Shown: one piece after another, positions 32,711 to 43,478 of the stretch
How the letters are laid out: every line of letters starts with the position of its first letter
Numbering within the stretch: the stretch's first letter is position 1
Source of the DNA: an uncultured Desulfatitalea sp.
GTDB lineage: Bacteria; Desulfobacterota; Desulfobacteria; Desulfobacterales; Desulfosarcinaceae
Direction of reading: 5' to 3'
Assembly (NCBI GenBank): GCA_963668675.2
Contig: CAXXMB010000001.1
Location: forward strand, 608,001 to 672,000
Length of the DNA stretch: 64,000 bases
The notes under the pieces: model-generated
Told to the model about the DNA's origin: nothing
Seen by the model: only the letters and a program-made list of their open reading frames with translations
The model's database searches: none
Made by a program: the position numbers and the translations under genes

Positions 32711-33751
32711 ATGACGGATGATACGCTCACAAGAGGGACTGCGCCCAAAGGCATTGTGGACAGCTCCTGTCTGACGGATGATAGCGACCCTGAAATTTTA
32801 TCCCTGAGGCCGGAACGACTTGCCGACTATGTCGGCCAGGGCGATGTCGTCAATACGCTCAAGATTGCCATCGAAGCGGCGCTTTTTCGCAACGAACCAC
32901 TGGAACACATCCTTTTTCATGGGCCACCTGGTTTGGGCAAAACGACACTGGCCCACATCATTGCCCATGAAATGAATGGTCGCCTGACAGTGACTTCGGG
33001 CCCGGCGCTTGAAAAGGGCGGTGATTTGATCGGCATTCTCACCCATCTGGAGGAGGGCGATATCCTCTTTGTCGATGAAATTCATCGTCTGCCGAAAACG
33101 GTGGAAGAGTTTCTCTATCCCGCAATGGAAGATTTCGCTGTCGACTTCGTCTTCGACAAGGGGATTCATGCGCGTAGCCATCGATATCGGCTGAACCGGT
33201 TCACTCTCGTGGGGGCAACGACCCGTGTGGGACTGCTCTCCGCCCCGTTGCGGGATCGGTTCGGACTTTTCCGCAGCCTCGATTTCTATGTTATCGAAGA
33301 TCTGGTGCATATCATTCAAAGGTCGGCAGCCATCTTAGACGTATCCATTGATGAAGATGGTGCCCGCAATCTCGCCTTGAGATCACGCGGAACGCCTCGA
33401 ATTGTCAATCGATTGTTAAAGAGGGTGAGGGACTATGCCCAGGTTCGTGGAGATGGCCATATCAGCCTTAAGGTCGTCGAGTCGGCCCTGAAACTCGAAG
33501 GCGTTGACGATCAGGGGTTGACCGGTCTGGACCGTCGCTACCTTAAGACCATCATCGACTATTACCATGGGGGACCGGTCGGGATCGAGGCCATCGCCGC
33601 CACCCTGCAGGAGGAGGCCGATACCCTGGTCGATGTCGTCGAGCCCTTTCTCCTCAAGATCGGTATGGTGGTGCGAACCTCATCCGGTCGTAAAGCATCC
33701 GAAAACGCATTTCGTCATCTTGGGTACGCTGTGCAGAAGAAGATATTTTAG
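32711..33751 (+). CDS. ruvB: Holliday junction helicase RuvB
   Basis: [39 protein letters not shown]. Confidence 0.98.
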   Translation: MTDDTLTRGTAPKGIVDSSCLTDDSDPEILSLRPERLADYVGQGDVVNTLKIAIEAALFRNEPLEHILFHGPPGLGKTTLAHIIAHEMNGRLTVTSGPALEKGGDLIGILTHLEEGDILFVDEIHRLPKTVEEFLYPAMEDFAVDFVFDKGIHARSHRYRLNRFTLVGATTRVGLLSAPLRDRFGLFRSLDFYVIEDLVHIIQRSAAILDVSIDEDGARNLALRSRGTPRIVNRLLKRVRDYAQVRGDGHISLKVVESALKLEGVDDQGLTGLDRRYLKTIIDYYHGGPVGIEAIAATLQEEADTLVDVVEPFLLKIGMVVRTSSGRKASENAFRHLGYAVQKKIF

Positions 33752-33773
33752 ACAGACGAAAAAGGAGAGAGGT

Positions 33774-34586
33774 GTGGGCATCATCACTCTGTTAACCGAT
33801 TTTGGAACCCAGGATGAATACGTCGGGGTACTAAAAGGGGTGATTTTGTCCATCAACCCGTCGGCAACGATCGTAGATATCAGTCACCATATTGCCCCCC
33901 AGGGGATCGATCAGGCAGGAGAAGTGCTCGATGCGGCCTTCTCATGGTTTCCGAAAAGCACCACTCATATGGCCGTCGTGGATCCAGGCGTAGGCAGCGG
34001 ACGCCATATCGTAGCACTTCAGTCTCACGGACACACTTTCATTGCCCCCGATAACGGACTGCTCACCTCAATCCTGGATGCAGGACAAGTGACCGCCGCT
34101 GTTCGGGTTGCGAATGAAAGGCTCTACCGGCAACCGGTAAGCGCGACATTTCATGGCCGCGATATTTTTGCTCCGGTTGCGGCGCATCTCTCTCTGGGGA
34201 TGCCGATAGACCAGATGGGGCCGGCCGTGGCGATCGATCATATTTGCAGACGCTCTCATCGGCATTGCGAATTGACTGCAAATGGTGATATTGTTGGACA
34301 AGTCGTCTATGTCGATCGATTCGGAAACATAGGAACCAACATTGACGAACAAAGTGTGACGAGTCTCTCGGGCCCTTCGCAAAATCACGCCGTCGAGATA
34401 GAGATCAGCGGACATACCATCTCCGGTCTATCAGAGAGCTACGCCCAAGGCGGTGCGGAAAAATTAACCGCCCTTCTCAATAGTCGCAACAGGCTGGAAA
34501 TCGCTGTCAACGGAGGCAATGCCGCTCAAATGGTTGTTGCCCGGCCGGGGACTGTCGTACGTGTCACTAAAACGAAGAACAGATAA
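33774..34586 (+). CDS. SAM hydroxide adenosyltransferase (DUF62; chlorinase/fluorinase superfamily)
   Basis: ITLLTDFG, VVDPGVGSGR, APDNGLL, TFHGRDIFAP, VDRFGN; GTG start at 33774 with AAGGAG SD. Confidence 0.92.
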   Translation: MGIITLLTDFGTQDEYVGVLKGVILSINPSATIVDISHHIAPQGIDQAGEVLDAAFSWFPKSTTHMAVVDPGVGSGRHIVALQSHGHTFIAPDNGLLTSILDAGQVTAAVRVANERLYRQPVSATFHGRDIFAPVAAHLSLGMPIDQMGPAVAIDHICRRSHRHCELTANGDIVGQVVYVDRFGNIGTNIDEQSVTSLSGPSQNHAVEIEISGHTISGLSESYAQGGAEKLTALLNSRNRLEIAVNGGNAAQMVVARPGTVVRVTKTKNR

Positions 34587-34606
34587 CATCCCAGGTTGTA
34601 TTTCAA

Positions 34607-35791
34607 ATGATGACATCGCGAAAAAAATCTGAATCCGGTCTATCGGTCAAGGGCCAGCGTTACTGGAGCCTGATGTTGGTGGGAGAGCATGGACGAGTCA
34701 TCCCTTTTCGGCGATTCAAGGAGGTGGCCATCGCCATCTTTGCCATCGCCCTGTTGAGCTTGATGGCGCTTGTGATACTTGGCTTTTTCTATCTCCGGCA
34801 GGGAAAAACCATAGAAACACTTCAAACCGAACTGCACGAGTTGCGGCAGTATGCCGGCCAGTTGAAGGATGAAAAGGATGTCCTGAATGCCCGACTGGGT
34901 ATCCGAAAAGCCCAAATGGCCCCTGATCTGGAAACCACAAGCAACACCAGCGATGAAACGTCAACCCTTCAACCCGCGGCCGGGCCGGCATCATCTGAGC
35001 AGAAGAGGCCCGCAGCTGAAACCTCCATAAAAGAAAAGGTGGCAAGAGAGCCTGAACCGGAAAAACAAAAACCGCAGGTCGTACAGTGGGGAGCGGATAT
35101 CCGGGATATCTCTGTGCAGTACGATAGCAATCGTAAAATAGTGAAAGCGTCGTTTCGGGTATACAACACATCCGTACCCAAAAATAAGCTGGCTGGGCGG
35201 ACGGTCGTCGTTTTTAAGAACAAGGCCGATCCACCTATCAAGTGGTTTGCCGTCCCAAATGTGCTCCTGTCGAATGGGCAACCCAACGGAAAGGTCGGCA
35301 AGGCGTTCAATATCAATAACTTCATCACCATGAGACACTATGCATATGGGTTGAAGCGCCCCAGCCAATACGATGCGGTGGCGGTGTTCGTGTTTTCTGC
35401 TGATGCAAGACTGCTTGCATCCAGGGAGTTCGATTTCAAAATCAAGCCTGAACCGCCGCCAGCTCCCAAACCAGAACCAGCAAAGCCTGCTCCGGAAGAA
35501 GCGGCAACGCCATCGACCCCTCCCGTCTCTAAAGATCCGAAAGGAACGACTGCAATCGAGAAGCAGGCTGTGCCTGAAAATGGGGCTGCTCAGGATGCCG
35601 GCCGGGATGGCAACCACACCGATTCCGAGACAATCGTTATTGAACCGGTCGAACAGGGCTCGGCCACAACAGGGACAACCATGACACCGCAAGAGAGCGT
35701 GACAGACGTGCAAACCGGCGGTAACGAAACCACCGATGGTGAGACTGAAACCATAGCACCGGCAACGGAAAAGAAGACGCCAACACCATAA
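34607..35791 (+). CDS. Hypothetical bitopic membrane protein (N-terminal cytoplasmic peptide, TM, coiled coil, beta-rich domain, disordered P/T/E tail)
   Basis: Long ORF 11 bp upstream of the bactofilin gene; TM around aa 40-62. Confidence 0.8.
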   Translation: MMTSRKKSESGLSVKGQRYWSLMLVGEHGRVIPFRRFKEVAIAIFAIALLSLMALVILGFFYLRQGKTIETLQTELHELRQYAGQLKDEKDVLNARLGIRKAQMAPDLETTSNTSDETSTLQPAAGPASSEQKRPAAETSIKEKVAREPEPEKQKPQVVQWGADIRDISVQYDSNRKIVKASFRVYNTSVPKNKLAGRTVVVFKNKADPPIKWFAVPNVLLSNGQPNGKVGKAFNINNFITMRHYAYGLKRPSQYDAVAVFVFSADARLLASREFDFKIKPEPPPAPKPEPAKPAPEEAATPSTPPVSKDPKGTTAIEKQAVPENGAAQDAGRDGNHTDSETIVIEPVEQGSATTGTTMTPQESVTDVQTGGNETTDGETETIAPATEKKTPTP

Positions 35792-35802
35792 GGAGAGTAG
35801 CT

Positions 35803-36150
35803 GTGAAGAGCGATCAGAAGAAATTTTCGATCATCGACGAAGGCTTTACCGTCGAAGGTATGGTGGTGGGTAAGGGACGCCTGGTTATCAAAGGGACCGT
35901 TAAAGGCTCTGTAAACGGAGACAATGTGGTGATCGCCGAGGAGGGCTCGGTATATGCCGAAGCGAAGGCCAACAGCATGACCATCGGCGGGCTTTTCGAT
36001 GGGCAGGTGGAGGTGGACAAGGAGTTGATCGTGCTCTCGACGGGAAACTGCAACGGAAAAGTCAAATGCAACGACCTGGTTGTTGAAGCCGGAGGCCTGC
36101 TCAATGCAGAGGTGACCTGCATGAGCCAAAAAGACAAACGGGCCCGTTGA
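35803..36150 (+). CDS. Bactofilin (polymer-forming cytoskeletal protein)
   Basis: SIIDEGFTVEG...LVIKGTVKGSV...VYAE...IGGLFDGQV...GKVKCNDLVVEAGG beta-helix repeats; AAGGAG SD. Confidence 0.92.
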   Translation: MKSDQKKFSIIDEGFTVEGMVVGKGRLVIKGTVKGSVNGDNVVIAEEGSVYAEAKANSMTIGGLFDGQVEVDKELIVLSTGNCNGKVKCNDLVVEAGGLLNAEVTCMSQKDKRAR

Positions 36151-36216
36151 TCCGTTTCAGGGAATCGCTCCTGCAGGTTTGAGTGAGCGAAACAACGATG
36201 TTAGGATAAATTTTCC

Positions 36217-36245
36217 TTGACTTACCAGTATGTTTCAATTAAAAG
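36217..36245 (+). promoter_or_regulatory. Probable sigma70 promoter of rplM-rpsI
   Basis: TTGACT-N17-TAAAAG. Confidence 0.4.
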
Positions 36246-36280
36246 TGCTGGATTCTGAACTAAGCCAGGAGTGAAAAACA

Positions 36281-36715
36281 GTGAAAAAATACACATATAG
36301 TGCCAAACCGAGCGACAACCAAGACAACTGGTGGGTCGTAGACGCAGATGGAGCAGTGCTCGGACGGCTGGCCACCCAGATTGCCGCCCGAATTCGTGGT
36401 AAACACAATCCTATGTTTACACCCCATGTGGACACCGGCGACTCCGTCATCGTGATCAATGCCGAAAAGGTTAAATTGACCGGCCGCAAGCTGGACCAGA
36501 AAATGTACCACCGCCACAGCGGATACATCGGAGGTCTGAAGTCGATTACAGCAAGAAAATTGTTGGAAAAAAGGCCTGAAGACCTGATTCGGTTCGCGGT
36601 CAGGGGTATGTTGCCGAAGAACAGGTTAGGGCGACAATTGAATAAGAAACTCAAGGTTTACGCCGGCAGCGATCATCCGCATAGCGCTCAGCAGCCGGAA
36701 ACAATGACCCTTTAG
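36281..36715 (+). CDS. rplM: 50S ribosomal protein L13
   Basis: WWVVDA...LGRLA...[16 protein letters not shown]...RGMLPKN. Confidence 0.99.
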   Translation: MKKYTYSAKPSDNQDNWWVVDADGAVLGRLATQIAARIRGKHNPMFTPHVDTGDSVIVINAEKVKLTGRKLDQKMYHRHSGYIGGLKSITARKLLEKRPEDLIRFAVRGMLPKNRLGRQLNKKLKVYAGSDHPHSAQQPETMTL

Positions 36716-36737
36716 AGAGCAATATCAGGATTTATAA

Positions 36738-37133
36738 ATGGCACAAGAGAACACCTATTACGCAACGGGAAAACGCAAGAACGCCATCGCCAGAACCTGG
36801 ATCACACCGGGAAACGGCGCCATCAGCATTAACGGCCGTGGCCTGGAGGACTATTTCAAAGTCTATACGGCCAAAACCATTATCAAACAGCCGCTTGAAC
36901 TGACCAACAATCAGGATAAATTCGATATCAAAATAAAAGTGTTGGGCGGCGGCACCATCGGTCAGGCAGGTGCGATTCGGCACGGGATCACCAAAGCGCT
37001 GATGCAGTTCGACCCAGAGCTCCGCTCAGTATTGAAAAAAGCCGGTTTCGTTCGACGCGATCCCCGTGAAAAAGAGCGTAAAAAGTATGGCCAGAAGGGT
37101 GCTCGCGCACGCTTCCAGTTCTCCAAGCGCTAA
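36738..37133 (+). CDS. rpsI: 30S ribosomal protein S9
   Basis: ATGKRK...[14 protein letters not shown]...[19 protein letters not shown]. Confidence 0.99.
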   Translation: MAQENTYYATGKRKNAIARTWITPGNGAISINGRGLEDYFKVYTAKTIIKQPLELTNNQDKFDIKIKVLGGGTIGQAGAIRHGITKALMQFDPELRSVLKKAGFVRRDPREKERKKYGQKGARARFQFSKR

Positions 37134-37166
37134 TCAACACTTCATTCCTGAACAATCCGATAATTC

Positions 37167-37196
37167 AAGGGGCCTGGTTTTCCAGGTCCCTTTTTT
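37167..37196 (+). terminator. Rho-independent terminator after rpsI
   Basis: AAGGGGCCTGG-TTTT-CCAGGTCCC-TTTTTT. Confidence 0.85.
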
Positions 37197-37214
37197 ATGC
37201 ATCGATGCAAGTCA

Positions 37215-38177
37215 TCATTTCATACAGCGCACAAAATGGCCGGGGGCAACTTCACGGAGTTTTTGACTCCCTTCGTCGCACGCTTTGCTGAGATTCGGGC
37301 ACTGTTCGGAATAGGGGCAGTCGCTTTCGATTCTCTTATTTAGTGCTGGTGGTGATGCGTGGCTGTTCCATGAGATCGATTTCTCACCAGGAGCTGCGGC
37401 GAGGAGTTTGAGGGTGTAGGGGTGGCGGGGGTCGTCAAAAAGCATCGATGCGGGTGCGGACTCCACGATTCGGCCTCGGTACATGACATTGACATGGTCG
37501 CAGATGTAGCTGACCACATTGAGGTCGTGGGAGATAAAGAGGTAGCTCAACCCCAGTTCGGCCTGGAGGTCTTTCAATAGATTGATAATTTGGGCCTGAA
37601 TGGAGACATCCAGTGCGGAGATCGGTTCGTCGCAGAGTATAAGGCGAGGAGAGACGCTCAACGCCCGCGCAATGCCTATACGCTGGCGTTGACCGCCGCT
37701 GAACTCATGGGGATAGCGATCAGCACTGGCGGACGGCATTCCCACCATCTCCAGCAGTTCCGATACGCGCTGACGCCGTTTTGCCCGGTCAGCAATGCCG
37801 GATATGCGAACGCCTTCAGCGACGGATTGGAAAACGGTCATTCTGGGGTTGAGTGAGCTGTAAGGATCTTGGAAGATCATCTGCATCTGCTTGCGCATGG
37901 GTTTGAACTGGCGCTCGTTCAACCCGCTGATTTCGTCTCCTTTGAAACGGATCGTGCCACCGTCGGGTATCAGAAGTCTTAGAATCATTCGTGCAACAGT
38001 GGATTTGCCACATCCGCTCTCGCCAACCAGCCCGAGCGTCTGGTTGGGAAGAATATGAAAGTCTACCCCGTCCACGGCACGAACCACCTCCGTCGTGTTT
38101 TGGAAAAAGCCTTTGCTTACAGGGAAGTGCTTTTTTAAATCTTCGACTTCCAATATCGGTTTGGCCGAATCATTCAT
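37215..38177 (-). CDS. Oligopeptide/dipeptide ABC transporter ATP-binding subunit (OppF/DppF-like)
   Basis: GESGCGKST, YPHEFSGGQRQR, CDEP, HPYT, C-terminal Cys cluster; start moved to 38177. Confidence 0.94.
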   Translation of the reverse strand: MNDSAKPILEVEDLKKHFPVSKGFFQNTTEVVRAVDGVDFHILPNQTLGLVGESGCGKSTVARMILRLLIPDGGTIRFKGDEISGLNERQFKPMRKQMQMIFQDPYSSLNPRMTVFQSVAEGVRISGIADRAKRRQRVSELLEMVGMPSASADRYPHEFSGGQRQRIGIARALSVSPRLILCDEPISALDVSIQAQIINLLKDLQAELGLSYLFISHDLNVVSYICDHVNVMYRGRIVESAPASMLFDDPRHPYTLKLLAAAPGEKSISWNSHASPPALNKRIESDCPYSEQCPNLSKACDEGSQKLREVAPGHFVRCMK

Positions 38178-39187
38178 TCCACACCTCCAGCTGTCACATC
38201 GGGTTTGAAGAGCACCGGACACCTGGCCATATGACCTGCCCCATAGTCGCAAAGGGACGGAAAGGAGGTCTCGCACGAAAGCTGCCGGTGCTCGCAGCGT
38301 GGATGGAAGGGGCAGCCCTTGGGTTTGTAAGAGGGGTGGGGTACGCTTCCAGGAATGGTGTAAAGACGCTGTCCGCGCTTCTCTTTGGTGGGCAGCGCTG
38401 CCAGCAGTGCACGGGTGTAGGGATGGTTTGCGTTGTTGAAGATATGGTCGGCGTTGCCCTGTTCGACAATGATGCCCGCGTACATCACGTAGACGTAGTC
38501 GGCGATGACCTCCACGACGCCCAGGTCGTGGGTGATGTACTGAATCGCCATCTGTTTTTCCCGCTGCAATTGCTTCAGCAGTTCGAGGATCTGGGCCTGC
38601 ACCGTGACATCTAAAGCGGTTGTGGGTTCATCGGCAATTATCAGATCCGGTTCGCAAGCGAGGGCCATGGCGATCATCACCCGCTGGCGTTGTCCTCCGC
38701 TCAATTGATGGGGATAGGCGCTCACCCGTTTATCCGGGTCTGCAATGCCGACATCATCGAGCAGGTGGATCGCTTTCTGCATAGCCTGCGATTCGCCGCT
38801 TGACGAATCGTGCGCCAGAATCGCCTCGCTGATCTGATCTCCGACAGTAAAGACCGGATTGAGCGAGGTCATAGGCTCCTGGAATACCATGGCCATGCTC
38901 TTGCCGCGCAAAGATCGGAGCTGGGGTGCGGACAACGCCAGGATCGCATGTGATTTAAAGAGAATGCGGCCGCTTACAATTTTGGCCGGAGGCTGCTGCA
39001 ACAACCCCATCACCGCAAGCGCGGTGACGGTTTTGCCGCACCCTGACTCGCCGACGATGCACACCGTCTGTTGACGATGGACCTGCAGGTCGACACCATC
39101 CACGGCACGGGCGTCCGGCCCATCTCCCTCGAAGTAGACGCGCAGATCCTCGATAGAAAGAAGAATATCGTTGGCCTCATCATGCAT
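38174..39187 (-). CDS. Oligopeptide/dipeptide ABC transporter ATP-binding subunit (OppD/DppD-like)
   Basis: [43 protein letters not shown]. Confidence 0.95.
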   Translation of the reverse strand: MHDEANDILLSIEDLRVYFEGDGPDARAVDGVDLQVHRQQTVCIVGESGCGKTVTALAVMGLLQQPPAKIVSGRILFKSHAILALSAPQLRSLRGKSMAMVFQEPMTSLNPVFTVGDQISEAILAHDSSSGESQAMQKAIHLLDDVGIADPDKRVSAYPHQLSGGQRQRVMIAMALACEPDLIIADEPTTALDVTVQAQILELLKQLQREKQMAIQYITHDLGVVEVIADYVYVMYAGIIVEQGNADHIFNNANHPYTRALLAALPTKEKRGQRLYTIPGSVPHPSYKPKGCPFHPRCEHRQLSCETSFPSLCDYGAGHMARCPVLFKPDVTAGGVE

Positions 39188-39229
39188 CGTTTGAAGGTAC
39201 TCCTCAACGCTTGTAATCGGGTCGTCGGA

Positions 39230-40402
39230 TTAGTTACGTTCTCTCAATTTTGGATTTAAGATATCGCGCAGCCCTTCTCCGAAGAGATTGAAAGCGAGCA
39301 CTACCAACAGAATCGTGATGCCCGGTGCAAAGGTGAGCCAGGGGGCGTCGAAGATAAAGTCTTTGCCATCCGAGAGAATGTTGCCCCAGGTGGCGTGGGG
39401 AGGCGGAACGCCGAATCCCAGAAAACTAAGTCCCGCTTCTGTTAACATGGCCGAGGCGATTCCAAGAGTGGCAGAGACGAGGACGGGGGCCACGGCATTG
39501 GGCATGATATGGCGGAAGATGATTCTCATGTCGCTTAACCCCAACGATCGTGCTGCGGCAACGAAGTCCTGCTCTCGCATGGAGAGAAACTCGGCCCGGA
39601 CAAATCGGGTGGTCCCCATCCAACTGGTCAGGCCGATCACCACCATGATGTTGTAGAGGCTCGGGGGCAACAGGGCGACCACGGTAAGGATCAGGAAAAA
39701 GGATGGAAAGCAGAGCATGATGTCAACGGCGCGCATAATGAGCGTATCGATGCTCATCACCGGCCGGTTGAGCCAGTTCAACCATCCAAAGGGAAACGTT
39801 TTCTGGGGAAGCTGTTGTCTTCTCAATACTGCACCTGCGGCGGCCAATACCGTTACTGCGGCGGCCCAGATGAACAGTCGGGCCAGTAAAAATGCCAGCG
39901 CCGAGACAATGAGCACCCAGAAGAGCATATGGCCCAGGCGCACCGGCATCTGGCCAAAGTACCCGGCAAGGCCTCCCAGAAGGATGCCGATGGCGACGGC
40001 GATGCCGACAGCCACAAATCCAACTGTCAGCGATACCCATGCTCCCTGCAGCATTCGGGAGAACACGTCGCGACCAAGGTCATCGGTCCCAAGCAGGTAG
40101 ATGCCCAGAGCCGGCACCTCAGCCGGCTGCAGTCCGTCGGTTATGGGATATGAGAGGGGCGGACGAAGTTTCTCCTGAAGGCGCACCTGGGAGGGATCGA
40201 GGATCGGACGGTTTCCTGAGGTAAGGAGAACACCAGCCAAAGCGACAATGAAGAAGATCAGGAAAATAGCAAACCCTGCAAAGGCCATTCGATTCTTGAG
40301 CAGCATGCGCCACGTTTCCGCCCAGGGGGAGCGGGACGGCGGCATAAGGAGGGATGCGTCGGTGGCCGTATATGCAGCACTATGCCGGCTGGTAAGGCTC
40401 AT
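39230..40402 (-). CDS. Oligopeptide ABC permease (OppC/DppC-like)
   Basis: LLGTDDLGRDVFSR, FVAAARSLG...RHIMPN, LSFLGFG...WG, GEGLRDILNP. Confidence 0.94.
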   Translation of the reverse strand: MSLTSRHSAAYTATDASLLMPPSRSPWAETWRMLLKNRMAFAGFAIFLIFFIVALAGVLLTSGNRPILDPSQVRLQEKLRPPLSYPITDGLQPAEVPALGIYLLGTDDLGRDVFSRMLQGAWVSLTVGFVAVGIAVAIGILLGGLAGYFGQMPVRLGHMLFWVLIVSALAFLLARLFIWAAAVTVLAAAGAVLRRQQLPQKTFPFGWLNWLNRPVMSIDTLIMRAVDIMLCFPSFFLILTVVALLPPSLYNIMVVIGLTSWMGTTRFVRAEFLSMREQDFVAAARSLGLSDMRIIFRHIMPNAVAPVLVSATLGIASAMLTEAGLSFLGFGVPPPHATWGNILSDGKDFIFDAPWLTFAPGITILLVVLAFNLFGEGLRDILNPKLRERN

Positions 40403-41361
40403 CAGAGGCGAATCCTGGGGTCCACCACCATGTAGAGCAGGTCAGAGATCAACGTCCCGGCCAGCACCAGTACGGCGGTGATAAAGTTAAGGGTCAAAAT
40501 GATCGGGTAGTCCCTGGCCAGGATTGCTTCGTAGGCCATGCGCCCCATGCCGGGCCACGCGAAGATCGATTCGATAATAACCGATCCGCCGATGAGACCG
40601 GGAAGAATCAGACCGAACATGGTTACGAAGGGCAGCAGGGCGTTGCGCAGCGCGTGACGGTAATACACCGTATCATCATCCACCCCCTTTGCCCGGGCGG
40701 TCCTCACATAGTCCATACCGATGATCTCCAGCATTTGGCTGCGTACATACCTGGAGAGGACGGCGATGCCGCCGGTGGCGCCCAATAGGGAGGGCAACAC
40801 CAGATGCCACGTGCGGTCCATCCATTTCACAATGGGAGATGCGGCGGTAACGCCGAAGGTCTCTATGCCGATGACCGAGACATGCAATTGGGTGACCACC
40901 AGTATGATCAACATGTATGCGAAGAAGAAGCCGGGAATCGAGATGAGCAGATAGGCGAAAAAGGTGGTGGTCTTGTCGTAAGGGCCGTCACGGCGGATGG
41001 CCGAGCGGATACCCACGGGAAAGGAGAAGGTCCATGTGAGCAGCGTGCCGACGATAAAGAGCGGCAGACTGTTCAGGAAGCGCTCCCAGATTTTTCCCAG
41101 TACGGGCTGATTGTCCCGCCAGGAGACGGTTTTGCCGGTGAACAGGTCGCGATAAAAGAGCAGGTACTGCATGTAAAGCGGCTGGTCGAGATGGAACTCC
41201 TTGCGCATGCGTTCGACGATTTCGGGGGTAAACTTGGGGTTGAGCGGGTCGATCTGGCTAGGCTCACCCGGTGCCAGGTGGATGATCAGGAAGGAGACCA
41301 CAGAGACAAAGAAGAGGGTAACCCCTTTTTGAAGCAGGCTTTTACGGAGAAAGTTTAACAT
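40402..41361 (-). CDS. Oligopeptide ABC permease (OppB/DppB-like)
   Basis: HLAPG, DYVRTARAKG, HALRNA, IESIFAWPGMG, DPRIR; start moved to 41361. Confidence 0.94.
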   Translation of the reverse strand: MLNFLRKSLLQKGVTLFFVSVVSFLIIHLAPGEPSQIDPLNPKFTPEIVERMRKEFHLDQPLYMQYLLFYRDLFTGKTVSWRDNQPVLGKIWERFLNSLPLFIVGTLLTWTFSFPVGIRSAIRRDGPYDKTTTFFAYLLISIPGFFFAYMLIILVVTQLHVSVIGIETFGVTAASPIVKWMDRTWHLVLPSLLGATGGIAVLSRYVRSQMLEIIGMDYVRTARAKGVDDDTVYYRHALRNALLPFVTMFGLILPGLIGGSVIIESIFAWPGMGRMAYEAILARDYPIILTLNFITAVLVLAGTLISDLLYMVVDPRIRL

Positions 41362-41375
41362 CAATCCACCTCTTC

Positions 41376-43478
41376 CTATCGCGACTCGAACACGGGTTGC
41401 TTGGGCATCTTGATCCACTGATTGAAATGGAACGTGTAGCTGCCTGTTTTTGTCGGCGTGATCGGCATGTAGCGATCTCCTCCATCTACTGATGCAATTT
41501 GGCGAACGATACGCTTGTCCAGCAAAGCTGTCCATCGTCCAACGTAGAGGAAGGTGTACGGCTGAGCATCGGCGATGATTTTGTGCAGGCGATGGCAGTA
41601 GGCCACTTGTGTCGGGTGGTCGTACTCCTGGCGGATTTTAACGATCAGGTCATCGGCCTCTTGATCGCGAAACCCGACAAAATTCAATTGAAAGGGACCG
41701 CTCTGACTTGAGTGCCAGATCTGGTAGAGGTCGGGATCGATCCCCATGGACCAGCCCAGCACCAGGGCATCGAAATCGAGGTCGTGGACCCGCTTCTGGA
41801 TGAAGACCGACCACTCGAGCAAATCGGTTTCGACTTGGATACCTATTTTTTGCCAGGCGTTTTGGGCGACGGCCAGGATCGCTTTGCGTAGCGGGTTGCC
41901 GTTGTTGGTGATCAGGGTAAACGCCATACGACGGCCATTTTTTTGCAGATAGCCGTCCGGTCCCGGTTCCCATCCGGCTTCGGAGAGCAGGGTCAATGCC
42001 CTCTGGGGGTCATAGGGCAGGGGAGAGATCTCGTGGTTGTAGTAGTCGGTCTGTTTGGCAAAAGGGCCTGTGATAGGCTCCCCCTGGCCGTAGAGGACGT
42101 AGTCGATAATTTTCTGGCGGTCGATGGCCATGCCCAAGGCGCGACGAACACGTACATCATCAAAAGGCGGCCGGCGAAGGTTGTAGCCGATATAGGTGTA
42201 GCCGAATGATGTACCGGTAAAATTTTGGAAGCGGTCGTCCTTACTCAAGCGGGCCACCTGGTGGGGCAATACGGCGTAATCGTCGATGGTGCCGGCGTAG
42301 AATTCCATCTCCTGAGTGAGCATGTTTGGAATGACGCGCATCACGTATTGATGATAGTTGGGAGGACCTTCCCAATACGCGTCAAAGCGATCCAGTCTGA
42401 TGAACTGGTCCGACTTCCACTTCCGGAACACGAAGGGACCCGAGCCGACCGGGTATCGGTTGAAGCGACTCTGGCGCATCGTGAATTGCTCCGGGTCCTT
42501 GCCGGTGGCATCTGCTTCAGCTTTCAAGGCGCTGTCATCGAGAAGGTGGGTTGGCAGTATACCCATACTCCAGGTGCCCAGCGCCGGTGAGTAGAGCCTT
42601 TTGTAGATGATTCGGATGGTCAGCGGATCGATCACCTTGACCGATTGCACCGGTTCGAAATCGGGCAGACGAGGGGAGAAGTTTTTGGGGTTTATGATGG
42701 CATGATAGGTAAATGCGACGTCTGTGGCCGTCAGATCGTGTCCGTCGTGAAATTTGACGCCGGGTCGCAAATGGAAGTCGATGATCGGGTTGTGCGCGGT
42801 CTGAGGCAATAGGCTGCGGGCCATGATGGCCAGATCGCCGGGCGGTATGCCACTCTCTGAATGGACATAATCCGCCGGTTCGAACGAGCTGAAATACGCT
42901 TTTCCAAGAATTGGCTCGAGGCGTTCGAAAAGCATCTGATCCACATGTTTCAAGGTGATGCGGATGCGTTTGGGGGCGTTGATACGCAGGGTAACCGTGC
43001 GCTCTGTCTCGCCCTCTTTGTACGAAACGGCCCGTTCGGTTGTTTCCTCTGGCAGCAGCTCAACGTCCGTCACGTGTCGCCAGTCCCCATCATCCGGCAC
43101 GAGCAGCGCCTTGAGATGGGTTGCCAGCGTTTGACTATCGATGGAGCCCCAGCGTTGGGTCGATGCGTTCTTATTGATATAGAAGTAAGCATGTTCGTAA
43201 ATTTGCCAGCGTTTGGCCACACGACCCCGAAAACGAAGCTCCTCATCACGGTCGAGAAGGCCTTCAAAAACAAGTCCGTTGATCTGGCTGCTGGTCGCAT
43301 CCGATGAGAGTACCGGATTCAATAGACTGGCGTCGCCTATAGAGGCGGTGATGAACTGAATCAGCCGGTCGGGATTGCCGCGTGTCTGCTCCTCGTAGCT
43401 GGGCGCCCAGAAATAGGAGATGATCAACACGACGGTCACCAAGGTTGGGGCAGCGATGAGAAAGCGTCGAATATTCAT
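41376..43478 (-). CDS. Peptide ABC substrate-binding protein (SBP family 5) with an N-terminal TM anchor and an internal insertion
   Basis: LNPVLSSD, FHLRPGVKFHDG, PVGSGPF, DVRVRRAL; start moved to 43478. Confidence 0.93.
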   Translation of the reverse strand: MNIRRFLIAAPTLVTVVLIISYFWAPSYEEQTRGNPDRLIQFITASIGDASLLNPVLSSDATSSQINGLVFEGLLDRDEELRFRGRVAKRWQIYEHAYFYINKNASTQRWGSIDSQTLATHLKALLVPDDGDWRHVTDVELLPEETTERAVSYKEGETERTVTLRINAPKRIRITLKHVDQMLFERLEPILGKAYFSSFEPADYVHSESGIPPGDLAIMARSLLPQTAHNPIIDFHLRPGVKFHDGHDLTATDVAFTYHAIINPKNFSPRLPDFEPVQSVKVIDPLTIRIIYKRLYSPALGTWSMGILPTHLLDDSALKAEADATGKDPEQFTMRQSRFNRYPVGSGPFVFRKWKSDQFIRLDRFDAYWEGPPNYHQYVMRVIPNMLTQEMEFYAGTIDDYAVLPHQVARLSKDDRFQNFTGTSFGYTYIGYNLRRPPFDDVRVRRALGMAIDRQKIIDYVLYGQGEPITGPFAKQTDYYNHEISPLPYDPQRALTLLSEAGWEPGPDGYLQKNGRRMAFTLITNNGNPLRKAILAVAQNAWQKIGIQVETDLLEWSVFIQKRVHDLDFDALVLGWSMGIDPDLYQIWHSSQSGPFQLNFVGFRDQEADDLIVKIRQEYDHPTQVAYCHRLHKIIADAQPYTFLYVGRWTALLDKRIVRQIASVDGGDRYMPITPTKTGSYTFHFNQWIKMPKQPVFESR

